Assembly: GCA_041891055.1 (NCBI GenBank)
Contig: CP169076.1
Coordinates: forward strand, 1-10,286
Length of the DNA: 10,286 bases
DNA from: Halorutilales archaeon Cl-col2-1
GTDB lineage: Archaea; Halobacteriota; Halobacteria; Halobacteriales; Afararchaeaceae
Direction of reading: 5' to 3'
Part shown: piece by piece, positions 1 to 7,240 of the stretch
How positions within the stretch are numbered: position 1 is the stretch's first letter
How the letters are laid out: every line of letters starts with the position of its first letter
Translations under genes and position numbers: made by a program
Notes under the pieces: model-generated
What the model saw: the letters and a program-made list of their open reading frames with translations, nothing else
The model's database searches: none
What the model was told of the DNA's origin: nothing

Positions 1-3000
1 TCGAGGATTCTCTTTTGTGGGGTTATAATTAGCTCTTCGTCCTCACCGGCACTTTCAGCCTCAGTCCACCCCACACCTGGTTGCACTCTCGTTATTTTGG
101 TGTTGTCGAGGATTTTGACTTGTAGGTCGCCTTCGTACTCGTCAGTTTTGGCGTTTCGTATCCTGTAAGTGGTTTCTGGGAGAAGTGTGGGGGCGTCTTC
201 ACTAAACCGTATGAAGTCCACCATACCCGTCATATCCTTGAGGATACCGTACTGTTCGACCTTGTCGCTGTTGTGGTCTTCTTCTTCCCACATCTCAGCG
301 GTGAGAGTCACAGTTTCACCTGGGTTCAGAGTGTTTATCGGTCGTGGGTCGTTGTCACTGCTTTCGTCTTTGTCTTCTTCGTCTTCATCTCCTTCGTCGA
401 ACATACTCAGGGAAACGTCGACCTTCTCCCCCGCTTCGTCGAGGTATATCCCCACCGACCGGTTTATGGGAGACGTGGGGATACCTACGCGTTCGACGTA
501 AGTGTCGTCTCTGTCTTTCGAGTCACGGAAGCGGTCTAAATATTCGTTTTTCTCAAAGAGGGCGTTGTTCAAGTTGTGATCCCTGTGGTACTTACGCACC
601 TTAGAGTAACACCGCGAAAGGTTGAAGCGTAGCACTTCTCCCCCGCGTAACAGGGTGTAATGCTCGTCTTCTTCGAGGTACCCTGACATAGACGCGTGAC
701 CCAACATCTCGACGAAGTCGTCTAAGTGACTACGACGCCGTCCCGCTTTTAGGTCTCCTATGTTACCCGCGACGTGAACTAACGCGTCTTCTACGTCCTC
801 ATCTACGTTTCCGGCGTCTATCGGGACGTCGACGTCGTGCTCTTCCGCGAATTCCTCGTAGATACGTAGACCGAAGAGGGAGACCTGTAAAGCCGTTCTC
901 TCGGAGTTCCCGATACCCCCGATACCGTGTTTTTCGAGAAGATCCTCGACCTCGGGACGACACTCACGCCAAATCTCTTTGAGTTCGTCGTCATCTTGTG
1001 CCAGTATCCAGCGGTAGTAAGCCACGCCGTGACCTTCTAGATCCTTTGGGCTAGGGTACTCTATGTCTCCGTCTTCGTTCTCAAAACTCTCCCCGACGAG
1101 TTCGGCGTACCTCTTCTGCGTCTCTGTTCCATCTTCCGAAACATCGGGACGGAAGTGGGTTAGAAGGCTACGCCTTACCAGGGACGGGTCTTGAAACTGC
1201 TGTTCACCGGTCACAACCACGGGGGCTTTAATCTTGTAGGTCTCCGTGCTTCCGTCAGGGCGTCCCTTAGCCTCTGAGCCTCCCCTGGTCGTCTTTCGAC
1301 AGTAGTCGTGAAAAGTGTCTATACGGCGGTCGGAGATGTCGGCGGGGCGATACTCGTCGAACCATACAGGGATAGAGTTCGACGACGAAAAGCTTGTGAG
1401 CATACCATGGGGCGTCATCTCGGAGCTTAGCGGGTCGTCGTCCATACCGAAGGCACGCCAAAGGACTTGTAGCGTGCTCGTCTTACCACTCCCAGTATCG
1501 CCGGTTATAGAGAGAAGCGGAAACTCTCCGACCCAGTCTAGGAACTTCGGGTTGAGAGCCGATGCGTAGAACCACCCGATTACACTTAAGAACCTCTCGG
1601 AGTCACGGATCTGGGGTAAGAGGCGCAGGACGGCTTCGAGGTCGTCCTCGTCGACGTCAGTCTCAGGTGTGATACCACACCGTCGTTCTATGTCGGTCTC
1701 ACGTTCGAGAAACACCGTCTCGGGGGTATCAGACCACCCGTCTGACGAAATTGTCCCCTGGGGGGTAACGAACTCGTCGCCGTGTAACCCCATAAGGTGT
1801 GTCCCTTTCTGAGTCTCTTCCTTTTGGTAGGCTAGAATCTCCTTGAGGTCGTTTCTGTCCTCCTTATCGCCGTCCCAGCGGGTCGAGAATTCACGAACGA
1901 TCTTGTCCTCGAACTTGTCGCTTCGGTTGAAGACCTTTGGTCTCACGTCGACGTTGTAGGGTTCTCCATTCTTCGGCTTAACTCGGAGCTTGAAGTGGTG
2001 TGTATCCCTTTCTGCGTGCTTAACTTTAGCCCGTGTCTCTATCAAAAAGTTAGACAACTCTCTAAACCGTCGCTCGTCGTCTTCATTTGTGCACCAGTAT
2101 CCGTAACCCCCGTCACGGGCGTCGAGTCCTACCCAGTCAGGCGTCTCTTGGTCGGGTTCATCGTCGGGGTCGAAGGCGTCACCGGCTACCTTTCCAGCTT
2201 CACCGTCGTGTCTCTCGGGGTCGTAGTAGGTGTTCACTTCCTTAAGTGCGTTGTCTATGGTGAGCTCACCGTAGGTTTGTGACCCTCTGTCCTCGTCCCA
2301 CTTGTCGCGCATTAACCCGCTTTCTCGGAATAGCTCGTCGATTTTATGACGGTCTCCCCCTGTCCAAAAAGCCAAGTGACACGCTAAAGCCATGTCAGCC
2401 TCGGACTGTGACGGATACCCCGAGGTCGAGCCGTTCCACAAAGAAGCGAACTCGTCGCCGTTCTCGGCGTTCTTAGCCTTCTCTATTATCTCTTCGTCGT
2501 CGAGGTCAAGGTCGACGGGGTCGGAGTCGGAAGTCTCGGTATCCTCGTCAATCTCTTCGTCGTCGACGACGTAGTCGTTATGTACGTCCTTGAGGGCGTC
2601 TTGACGGCGTTCTACGGGCTTTGTGTCGCCCCCAAAGCCTGTCTCACCTGTTATGGTGAAGTAGCGCGCCTTACCGTACATCTCGACGTCGCCCTTACGG
2701 TTTCCGCCCTCGGGTATAATACCGTGCACCAGGACGTGTAGCCCCGTTCCCGAGACAGAGACCTCGGTGTAAGTGTCGAGACGGTCTACTATATCACGCG
2801 CCCAGTCATCTATGTCACCCGTCTCGGGATCACGGCAATGGTCGAGGTCGACACCGCATATTGTGTCCGATTCGGAGAAGACGAATCCGACGCCGTCGAC
2901 GTCGCTGTTAGACTCGTAATATAACTGCGCCGTGTCAAAGCTAGCCCACGTGTCGGGGTCTGTGGTACTCGCAAAACCCTGTCCCTTACGCGGGTTCACT

Positions 3001-3260
3001 GGTATCTTTGTTTTTTCTCCGTCTCTCTCTTCTTCGCGCCAACATAACCACTGGTCTCTATCTTTGAGTTCGTCGGGTATGCTCTCGAAGTTCGGAGTGA
3101 TCGGGGTGTCTTCGTCGGGATATTCGGTGTCGAGGCGGGGGGTTCCACCGTCAGTATCGGTATCCTCGGGGTGGTTCACGACGTTGTCGTTTACTTTAGC
3201 CTCCCCAGGCATATCTTCGAGAAGATCCTCGGGTTTCTGTGGCTCTTCGGGGTTACTCAC
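1..3260 (-). CDS. Multidomain replication protein, N-terminal 1086 codons: AEP primase-polymerase (NrS-1-like) + helical bundle + P-loop helicase + RPA-like OB fold; continues across the window junction
   Basis: Hand translation from GTG 3260 (alternative ATG 3212) shows no stop down to base 1. Motifs: IPDELKDRDQWLCW, GVGFVF, GVDLDHC (DxD at 2849-2841), YTEVSVSGTGLH, VEMY..ARYFTITG; SQSEADMALACHLAFWTGGD..IDELFRESGLMRDKWD (helical bundle); Walker A GDTGSGKT (1502-1479), Walker B VWFDEY (1367-1350), VVVTGE, LVRRS; OB-like GILKDMTGMVDF..YRIRNAKTDEYEGDLQVKI (~345-85). Absent from the ORF track because it runs off the edge. Confidence 0.93.
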   Translation of the reverse strand, partial: MSNPEEPQKPEDLLEDMPGEAKVNDNVVNHPEDTDTDGGTPRLDTEYPDEDTPITPNFESIPDELKDRDQWLCWREEERDGEKTKIPVNPRKGQGFASTTDPDTWASFDTAQLYYESNSDVDGVGFVFSESDTICGVDLDHCRDPETGDIDDWARDIVDRLDTYTEVSVSGTGLHVLVHGIIPEGGNRKGDVEMYGKARYFTITGETGFGGDTKPVERRQDALKDVHNDYVVDDEEIDEDTETSDSDPVDLDLDDEEIIEKAKNAENGDEFASLWNGSTSGYPSQSEADMALACHLAFWTGGDRHKIDELFRESGLMRDKWDEDRGSQTYGELTIDNALKEVNTYYDPERHDGEAGKVAGDAFDPDDEPDQETPDWVGLDARDGGYGYWCTNEDDERRFRELSNFLIETRAKVKHAERDTHHFKLRVKPKNGEPYNVDVRPKVFNRSDKFEDKIVREFSTRWDGDKEDRNDLKEILAYQKEETQKGTHLMGLHGDEFVTPQGTISSDGWSDTPETVFLERETDIERRCGITPETDVDEDDLEAVLRLLPQIRDSERFLSVIGWFYASALNPKFLDWVGEFPLLSITGDTGSGKTSTLQVLWRAFGMDDDPLSSEMTPHGMLTSFSSSNSIPVWFDEYRPADISDRRIDTFHDYCRKTTRGGSEAKGRPDGSTETYKIKAPVVVTGEQQFQDPSLVRRSLLTHFRPDVSEDGTETQKRYAELVGESFENEDGDIEYPSPKDLEGHGVAYYRWILAQDDDELKEIWRECRPEVEDLLEKHGIGGIGNSERTALQVSLFGLRIYEEFAEEHDVDVPIDAGNVDEDVEDALVHVAGNIGDLKAGRRRSHLDDFVEMLGHASMSGYLEEDEHYTLLRGGEVLRFNLSRCYSKVRKYHRDHNLNNALFEKNEYLDRFRDSKDRDDTYVERVGIPTSPINRSVGIYLDEAGEKVDVSLSMFDEGDEDEEDKDESSDNDPRPINTLNPGETVTLTAEMWEEEDHNSDKVEQYGILKDMTGMVDFIRFSEDAPTLLPETTYRIRNAKTDEYEGDLQVKILDNTKITRVQPGVGWTEAESAGEDEELIITPQKRIL

Positions 3261-3618
3261 TGAGAATCCCCCCTCTCGACACGATCTTTGCGTGGTGTTT
3301 CGACTTCCTCCCTTTTGTAATAGATAGGTTATTCACGGGGATGAAACCCGTAACACCGACTATCTCGGCTTCGGAGTCGTAGTCATCGAAGTGTACCCGC
3401 TTAACCCTCTTGTCGAGGTTGAGATACACGTACTGGGGGGCAAAATCCTTGTGCCTTAGTAGTCGGCGAGCCACCCCAAGTTCAAAGCTCTCGACGCGGG
3501 CGGTGTCCTTGTCTCCAGGGAACCTAATCAGGGTCTCACGTTCTGCGAGCTTGTACGGGGAACTCGTCGCTACCTTTTCAGAAACTTCGTTGTCAAACGT
3601 ACTACTCACATTACTCAC
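3253..3618 (-). CDS. Hypothetical protein (121 aa) translationally coupled to the replication gene
   Basis: Its stop overlaps the rep GTG start (GTGAGTAA). G-rich SD-like GGGTGTGG upstream. Globular, protein-like composition (ETLIRF...RRLLRH...IVGVTGFIP). Confidence 0.8.
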   Translation of the reverse strand: MSNVSSTFDNEVSEKVATSSPYKLAERETLIRFPGDKDTARVESFELGVARRLLRHKDFAPQYVYLNLDKRVKRVHFDDYDSEAEIVGVTGFIPVNNLSITKGRKSKHHAKIVSRGGILSE

Positions 3619-3743
3619 GGAACCACACCCATTATTAGGTAAACCTCGACGTAGCCCGTACTGGGGCTAGCCTCACTGTGTAGGTCTGTATCCGTAGGTC
3701 TTTGCCTCTTAGCCGTGGATCTAGTGCACGTTCTGGTGCTCAT
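3615..3743 (-). CDS. Possible 42-aa small ORF in the rep operon leader
   Basis: ATG 3743 to TGA 3617-3615. GTGA overlap with the downstream gene and ATGA overlap with the upstream ORF. No recognisable motif. Confidence 0.35.
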   Translation of the reverse strand: MSTRTCTRSTAKRQRPTDTDLHSEASPSTGYVEVYLIMGVVP

Positions 3744-4015
3744 TTTAGGTCTCGTAGGTGAGACCCGACCCCCCGAAGAGGATATAACGCCAAGGCACGT
3801 CTCAGAACACAGTAGGGAGCTTGACCAAGGGCAAACTTCAATACGGTCAATTCCTTAGGACTATACAGGCTCACACCGAAAGGGACGTTAGATCCCGGAG
3901 GGTGTGGGTCTGTTTGAGTCATACCCGTAAGGGATTGCATACAACACAAATTGTGTTCTGAGACCTGTTGGCGCAGGTCTCTTAACTTTTTAACCGAACT
4001 ATTCACCTTAGTCAC
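3740..4015 (-). CDS. Possible hypothetical protein (91 aa), first ORF of the rep operon
   Basis: GTG start ~27 nt downstream of a BRE/TATA-like element, with an ATGA overlap at its end. The basic composition is atypical for this element, so it may be untranslated leader. Confidence 0.3.
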   Translation of the reverse strand: MTKVNSSVKKLRDLRQQVSEHNLCCMQSLTGMTQTDPHPPGSNVPFGVSLYSPKELTVLKFALGQAPYCVLRRALALYPLRGVGSHLRDLK

Positions 4016-4039
4016 GTCTATCTCTTGTTTAGGTATGCA

Positions 4040-4056
4040 CCATAATAAAGTTTCTC
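4040..4056 (-). promoter_or_regulatory. Putative archaeal BRE-TATA promoter for the rep operon
   Basis: Minus strand GAGAAACTTTATTATGG: purine-rich BRE followed by TTTATTAT, upstream of the coupled ORF chain. Confidence 0.45.
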
Positions 4057-4118
4057 ACGCTCCTCTACGCCGTATGTGGGTTTTTGACTTGAGAATTTAA
4101 AGTATACACACCAAACAG

Positions 4119-4182
4119 AACCGCAGTACAGCGCGGTTTCATTCACCGTCTCATAGCTATGAAACGGTCGCGTACTGCGGTT
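4119..4182. repeat. Nested inverted repeat / long hairpin
   Basis: AACCGCAGTAC (4119-4129) / GTACTGCGGTT (4172-4182) enclose ACCGTCTCATAGCTATGAAACGGT (4145-4168, palindrome with one mismatch). Confidence 0.85.
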
Positions 4183-4585
4183 TTAAACGCTAAGAGCTAA
4201 TACACACACGTATTTTTCATGGACGCCAAACCCCGAGGATATGAACGCCAAGGGCGAATAATTTTACATACAGACACATATCACGTTTTGTGAGGTACGT
4301 CTTATGCCCTTGTGCGACCTAACACGGGCGGGTGTGTTATTTTAGTTGACCTATCTAAACATACATACGATCCAACTCTCCGTAAACGCGATTTATGATG
4401 CCAAGACCCACTACTATTAGACAAACATAAAGGAATATGCCTAAGTGCAACATAGATTGCACTGTTACCAGCACAGATGGGGATAAAGTTACAGTAAACT
4501 AACCTAACGTAAAGCAACCGTCGAATAACTATTCGAAGGCAGAGAAGAAGTTATGAAGAATCTAATAACATTACACTACCCTAAC

Positions 4586-4963
4586 CTAATCCCTCTCGCC
4601 CCGATCTTCGTCGTCGTCGCGTGACTCACCGAGGAGCCACACCTTAGCCCTACCCAGGACGCCTCGGCGTTGTTCTTCGAGCACTTGAGCTAGAGCTTTG
4701 TCTTGGCGTTCCTGGTGCTCGGCAAGCTCGTCGACCTTCGCCTCGACGTTACCACGAGCTTGTAACTGGTTCCTAAGTTCGTCTCGTCGGTTCTCAAGCC
4801 GTTCACACTCCTTCCGAAGATCTTCATACTCTTGGCGTAGGTCTTCATACTCGTCGAGTATTTGGCGTAAGGCTTCGGAACGAGACGACGCGTCCCCCTC
4901 GTCTTGGCGTACGTCGAGGCGTTCGAGTTGATCCTCGGTGAGACTGACGGATACTTTCTTCAT
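4586..4963 (-). CDS. CopG/ribbon-helix-helix DNA-binding protein with coiled coil (125 aa)
   Basis: MKKVSVSLTEDQLERLD...SRSEALRQIL is an RHH pattern. Heptads EYEDLRQEYEDLRKE follow, ending in amphipathic RGVLGRAKVWLLG. Confidence 0.88.
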   Translation of the reverse strand: MKKVSVSLTEDQLERLDVRQDEGDASSRSEALRQILDEYEDLRQEYEDLRKECERLENRRDELRNQLQARGNVEAKVDELAEHQERQDKALAQVLEEQRRGVLGRAKVWLLGESRDDDEDRGERD

Positions 4964-5306
4964 ACTGGTTCGTATTTTCTTCCTACTCCTTCAATCTACG
5001 TCAGACGTTCTAATGCTAGATTTTCCCGCCACCGAGGTCGAGATGAGGAGGTTGAAAGCGGGAGGAGCCCGAGCCATGTTGAAGAAAGCCCAGCCACCTA
5101 GAGAGAATTATAACGACCTTGTTACTCTACATTTTGCCGAAGTGTTATGAAAAATCTCTTATCAATAAGATAAATCAAACTACATTTACATCTATTCAAA
5201 GAAGAAAAGAATTCTTACAAACTTCTTCGTGGTTTATTAAATTTTTATCAAGACCTTAACGACGGGGGTTGTAACACCTTTCCGTCAATATGGAGTAACA
5301 CGGCTG

Positions 5307-5993
5307 TTATTCTCCTAAGATCCTCCTTACAGCCGAATCTGTTCTTATCGTAGACCACGCTTCTTTCTTAATCTCAAGCCGATAAGAACCCTTTAGCTCT
5401 CTTTTCTTCTCGGAGTATCCCGCCGTCTTACCTCTGTCTACTTTCTGAATCAATCCCTCCCCGAGATCCTCGGCGTACTCACGTATTCGCTTGTGGGTCT
5501 GACGGTACTCCTTAGCTTTCTCAAGAGGTATTCCTTCTTTGTGGTGTAGGAACTTAGCTAGCTCTTTAGGATTAAATACGTATTTCTCTCCTACGTCTTT
5601 ACCGAACCTCGGAGCCTCTTTCCAGAGGTTAACCGCTCTTCTCTTATTCTCAGAAAGCTCTTGGCGTAGGTTCTCGTCCCGACTGTACTTCTCTATGTCA
5701 TAGGGAACATCTTCCGTCTTATCGGTGCTAACGCCGTTCTCTTGTATCTCAGAAACCTCTTCTCGTAGGTGTTCGACGAGATCTAAGCTCTTCTCTATCT
5801 CTGTCTCGACGTTTTTCTCGACGGATTCGACGTCAGCCTTGACCTCCTCGACCTCGTTCTTGAGCTGTGAATATCCTTCTTCTAACTGAGAGAGTCTCTC
5901 TTCTATGCCTGAGACCTTTTCCTCTACCTTCTCGTCAATAAGAGCCTCTATGTCCTTCTCAGACGTCGGAGAAGACTGGTTAGCGACACTCAT
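5307..5993 (-). CDS. Coiled-coil protein with basic, possibly DNA-binding C-terminal domain (~228 aa)
   Basis: Strong SD AGGAGGTG just upstream of ATG 5993 (track uses GTG 5999). Long acidic heptad region followed by a K/R-rich globular region (NKRRAVNLW...). Confidence 0.85.
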   Translation of the reverse strand: MSVANQSSPTSEKDIEALIDEKVEEKVSGIEERLSQLEEGYSQLKNEVEEVKADVESVEKNVETEIEKSLDLVEHLREEVSEIQENGVSTDKTEDVPYDIEKYSRDENLRQELSENKRRAVNLWKEAPRFGKDVGEKYVFNPKELAKFLHHKEGIPLEKAKEYRQTHKRIREYAEDLGEGLIQKVDRGKTAGYSEKKRELKGSYRLEIKKEAWSTIRTDSAVRRILGE

Positions 5994-6088
5994 ACCCACA
6001 CCTCCTTGGGGTCAGAAGAGTTTCCTTCGTCTGCTATGCGTCTGATCTTGCCGATAGATTTATCTATCGGTGTGTGTGATTTGAACAT
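5990..6088 (-). CDS. Possible 32-aa small ORF coupled to the coiled-coil gene
   Basis: MFKSHTPIDKSIGKIRRIADEGNSSDPKEVWV*. ATGA overlap with the ATG at 5993; its 3' end carries the SD. Confidence 0.4.
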   Translation of the reverse strand: MFKSHTPIDKSIGKIRRIADEGNSSDPKEVWV

Positions 6089-6240
6089 GTATAATCACGG
6101 TTCACGGTTCACGATTCTCTTCCGAGGTCGCTGGTGACGTCCTCGGTCACTACATTATTTTTACTGACTCGTAGCTTGCTCTGTGTCTATGATTGATGAC
6201 ATACTACTTAAGTTTTTGTCAGACTATTTGTCTCGACCTA

Positions 6241-6346
6241 CGTGACTCCGAAGAGCTACACCTTCACTCGACTCAGTACGCCTCGACGTTGTTCTCGGAG
6301 TACTTGAGCTAGGGCTTCGTCTTGCCACGTTCCTGGTGCCCGACAG
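6241..6346 (-). pseudogene. Decayed partial copy of the 3' end of the RHH/coiled-coil gene (4620-4724)
   Basis: Aligns by eye to 4620-4724. Reads HQER/QDEALAQVLREQRRGVLSRVKV*LFG versus HQERQDKALAQVLEEQRRGVLGRAKVWLLG, with a 2-nt insertion, a small deletion and TGG>TAG (6258-6256). Confidence 0.85.
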
Positions 6347-6394
6347 AAGAACGAGAAGAGCGAGGTGAAGCGGGAATACGCTGATATACACACA

Positions 6395-6532
6395 TAACCG
6401 AAAAACCGAACCCCGCGGTTAGGGGGGTATACCCCCCTGACTAATATATGTTATAACGCGCGCATATATGCACACGCGCGCGAGCGCGCCCGCTTGACCC
6501 TTTCCCGCCCCTCGGTTAGATTAGTTAGTCAG
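6395..6532. other. Palindrome-rich intergenic region, candidate replication origin
   Basis: Perfect 18-bp palindrome AGGGGGGTATACCCCCCT (6421-6438), a short AT tract, a 27-nt alternating purine-pyrimidine run (6456-6482), and IRs TAACCGA/TCGGTTA and CTGACTAA/TTAGTCAG. Origin function is inferred. Confidence 0.4.
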
Positions 6533-6602
6533 ATGGAAACGGCAGACAGAGGAGGGTTAGAACACCCCACGTTTCCATGAAGAAACGCAGTACTCAATAG
6601 GA

Positions 6603-6851
6603 TTAGAACAAGCCTGAGTCACTTGAGGTCTCGGTACGGTCTGGGGTGTCCCGCTCGTCGTCGAGGTCGTCGAGTTTCCGCTCAAGCTCGTCTAGTCTAT
6701 TGTGAAGGTCGTCAAAAGACTCAGAGTACAACCCCCAGCGGATTGTCCGCCGGAGAATATCCGCTTCGGATATGTCTCTCTCTTCGGCGCGGGTTTCTAT
6801 CTCTTCGGCTACATCTTGAGGTAGACGTACACTCTTCTGTGTTTTCCCCAT
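6603..6851 (-). CDS. CopG/ribbon-helix-helix transcriptional regulator (82 aa)
   Basis: QKSVRLPQDVAEEIETRAEERDISEADILRRTI is a classic RHH, followed by a short coiled coil. TATA ~25-30 nt upstream (leaderless). Confidence 0.88.
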   Translation of the reverse strand: MGKTQKSVRLPQDVAEEIETRAEERDISEADILRRTIRWGLYSESFDDLHNRLDELERKLDDLDDERDTPDRTETSSDSGLF

Positions 6852-6886
6852 GTTTCCATATGGAGACTACCGACATATATATTTCA
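6852..6886. promoter_or_regulatory. Divergent promoter with near-palindromic operator
   Basis: GTTTCCATATGGAGAC (6852-6867) abuts the RHH start. ATATATAT (6875-6882) is about equidistant from ATG 6851 (-) and ATG 6907 (+). Confidence 0.55.
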
Positions 6887-6906
6887 TTATGACACATATG
6901 TACCAC

Positions 6907-7071
6907 ATGACACTGGGTCAACAAATGATGAATAAGACAGGCAGAAAGACATTTGTGTGTCCCTTGTGTGAGGACACGGATTTGAACAACAGAACTGGGG
7001 AAAGGGAGAAGATGTACTGCAATAAGTGCCAAAAAGAAGTAGTCCCTGACGTGCACGAGAACACCGGATGA
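6907..7071 (+). CDS. Small zinc-finger protein (CPLC...CNKC); stop codon lies at the IS end
   Basis: Two CxxC pairs. Start ATG 6907 chosen from TATA spacing (6925/6928 are alternatives). TGA 7069-7071 coincides with the IS terminal TGACATCC. Confidence 0.7.
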   Translation: MTLGQQMMNKTGRKTFVCPLCEDTDLNNRTGEREKMYCNKCQKEVVPDVHENTG

Positions 7072-7240
7072 CATCCTCCCCGTCGTGAACGACGGGGTTT
7101 CCTCTCCGACGTGGGAGTCTCAGCAGGTCTAAGATTCCCCGGAGGCAACATTCCCGTCACGGTGGACGGTACTCGGGTCTGTGCGCTGTTCTTTGGGACT
7201 TTCCCTCGCGGGAGAGCGTGGTGACTCCGACCAGTCGTAA
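7050..7240 (-). ncRNA. Putative TnpB omegaRNA/reRNA (haloarchaeal sotRNA-like) scaffold plus flanking guide
   Basis: Position overlapping the tnpB 3' end and right-end hairpin is where omegaRNAs are encoded. Predicted guide begins near (T)CCGGTGTTCTCGTGCACG. Expression not shown. Confidence 0.5.

Noticed and set aside
1100-1600. Intein or programmed frameshift in the helicase
   Set aside because: Walker A to Walker B spacing is compact, there are no intein termini, and the frame is continuous.
169-3670. Plus-strand ORFs (169-501, 273-539, 344-604, 1315-1569, 1995-2282, 2279-2476, 2392-2574, 2932-3327, 3410-3670) and minus ORF 1267-1461
   Set aside because: Ser/Val/Arg-rich antisense or off-frame shadows of the acidic rep gene and its upstream partner.
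4302-5150. ORFs 4302-4517, 4698-4931, 4904-5101 and 4938-5150
   Set aside because: No motifs and atypical composition, or antisense to the RHH gene.
6623-7160. ORFs 6623-6892, 6721-7074 and 6918-7160
   Set aside because: Overlap better-supported genes or the IS end; no coherent protein features.
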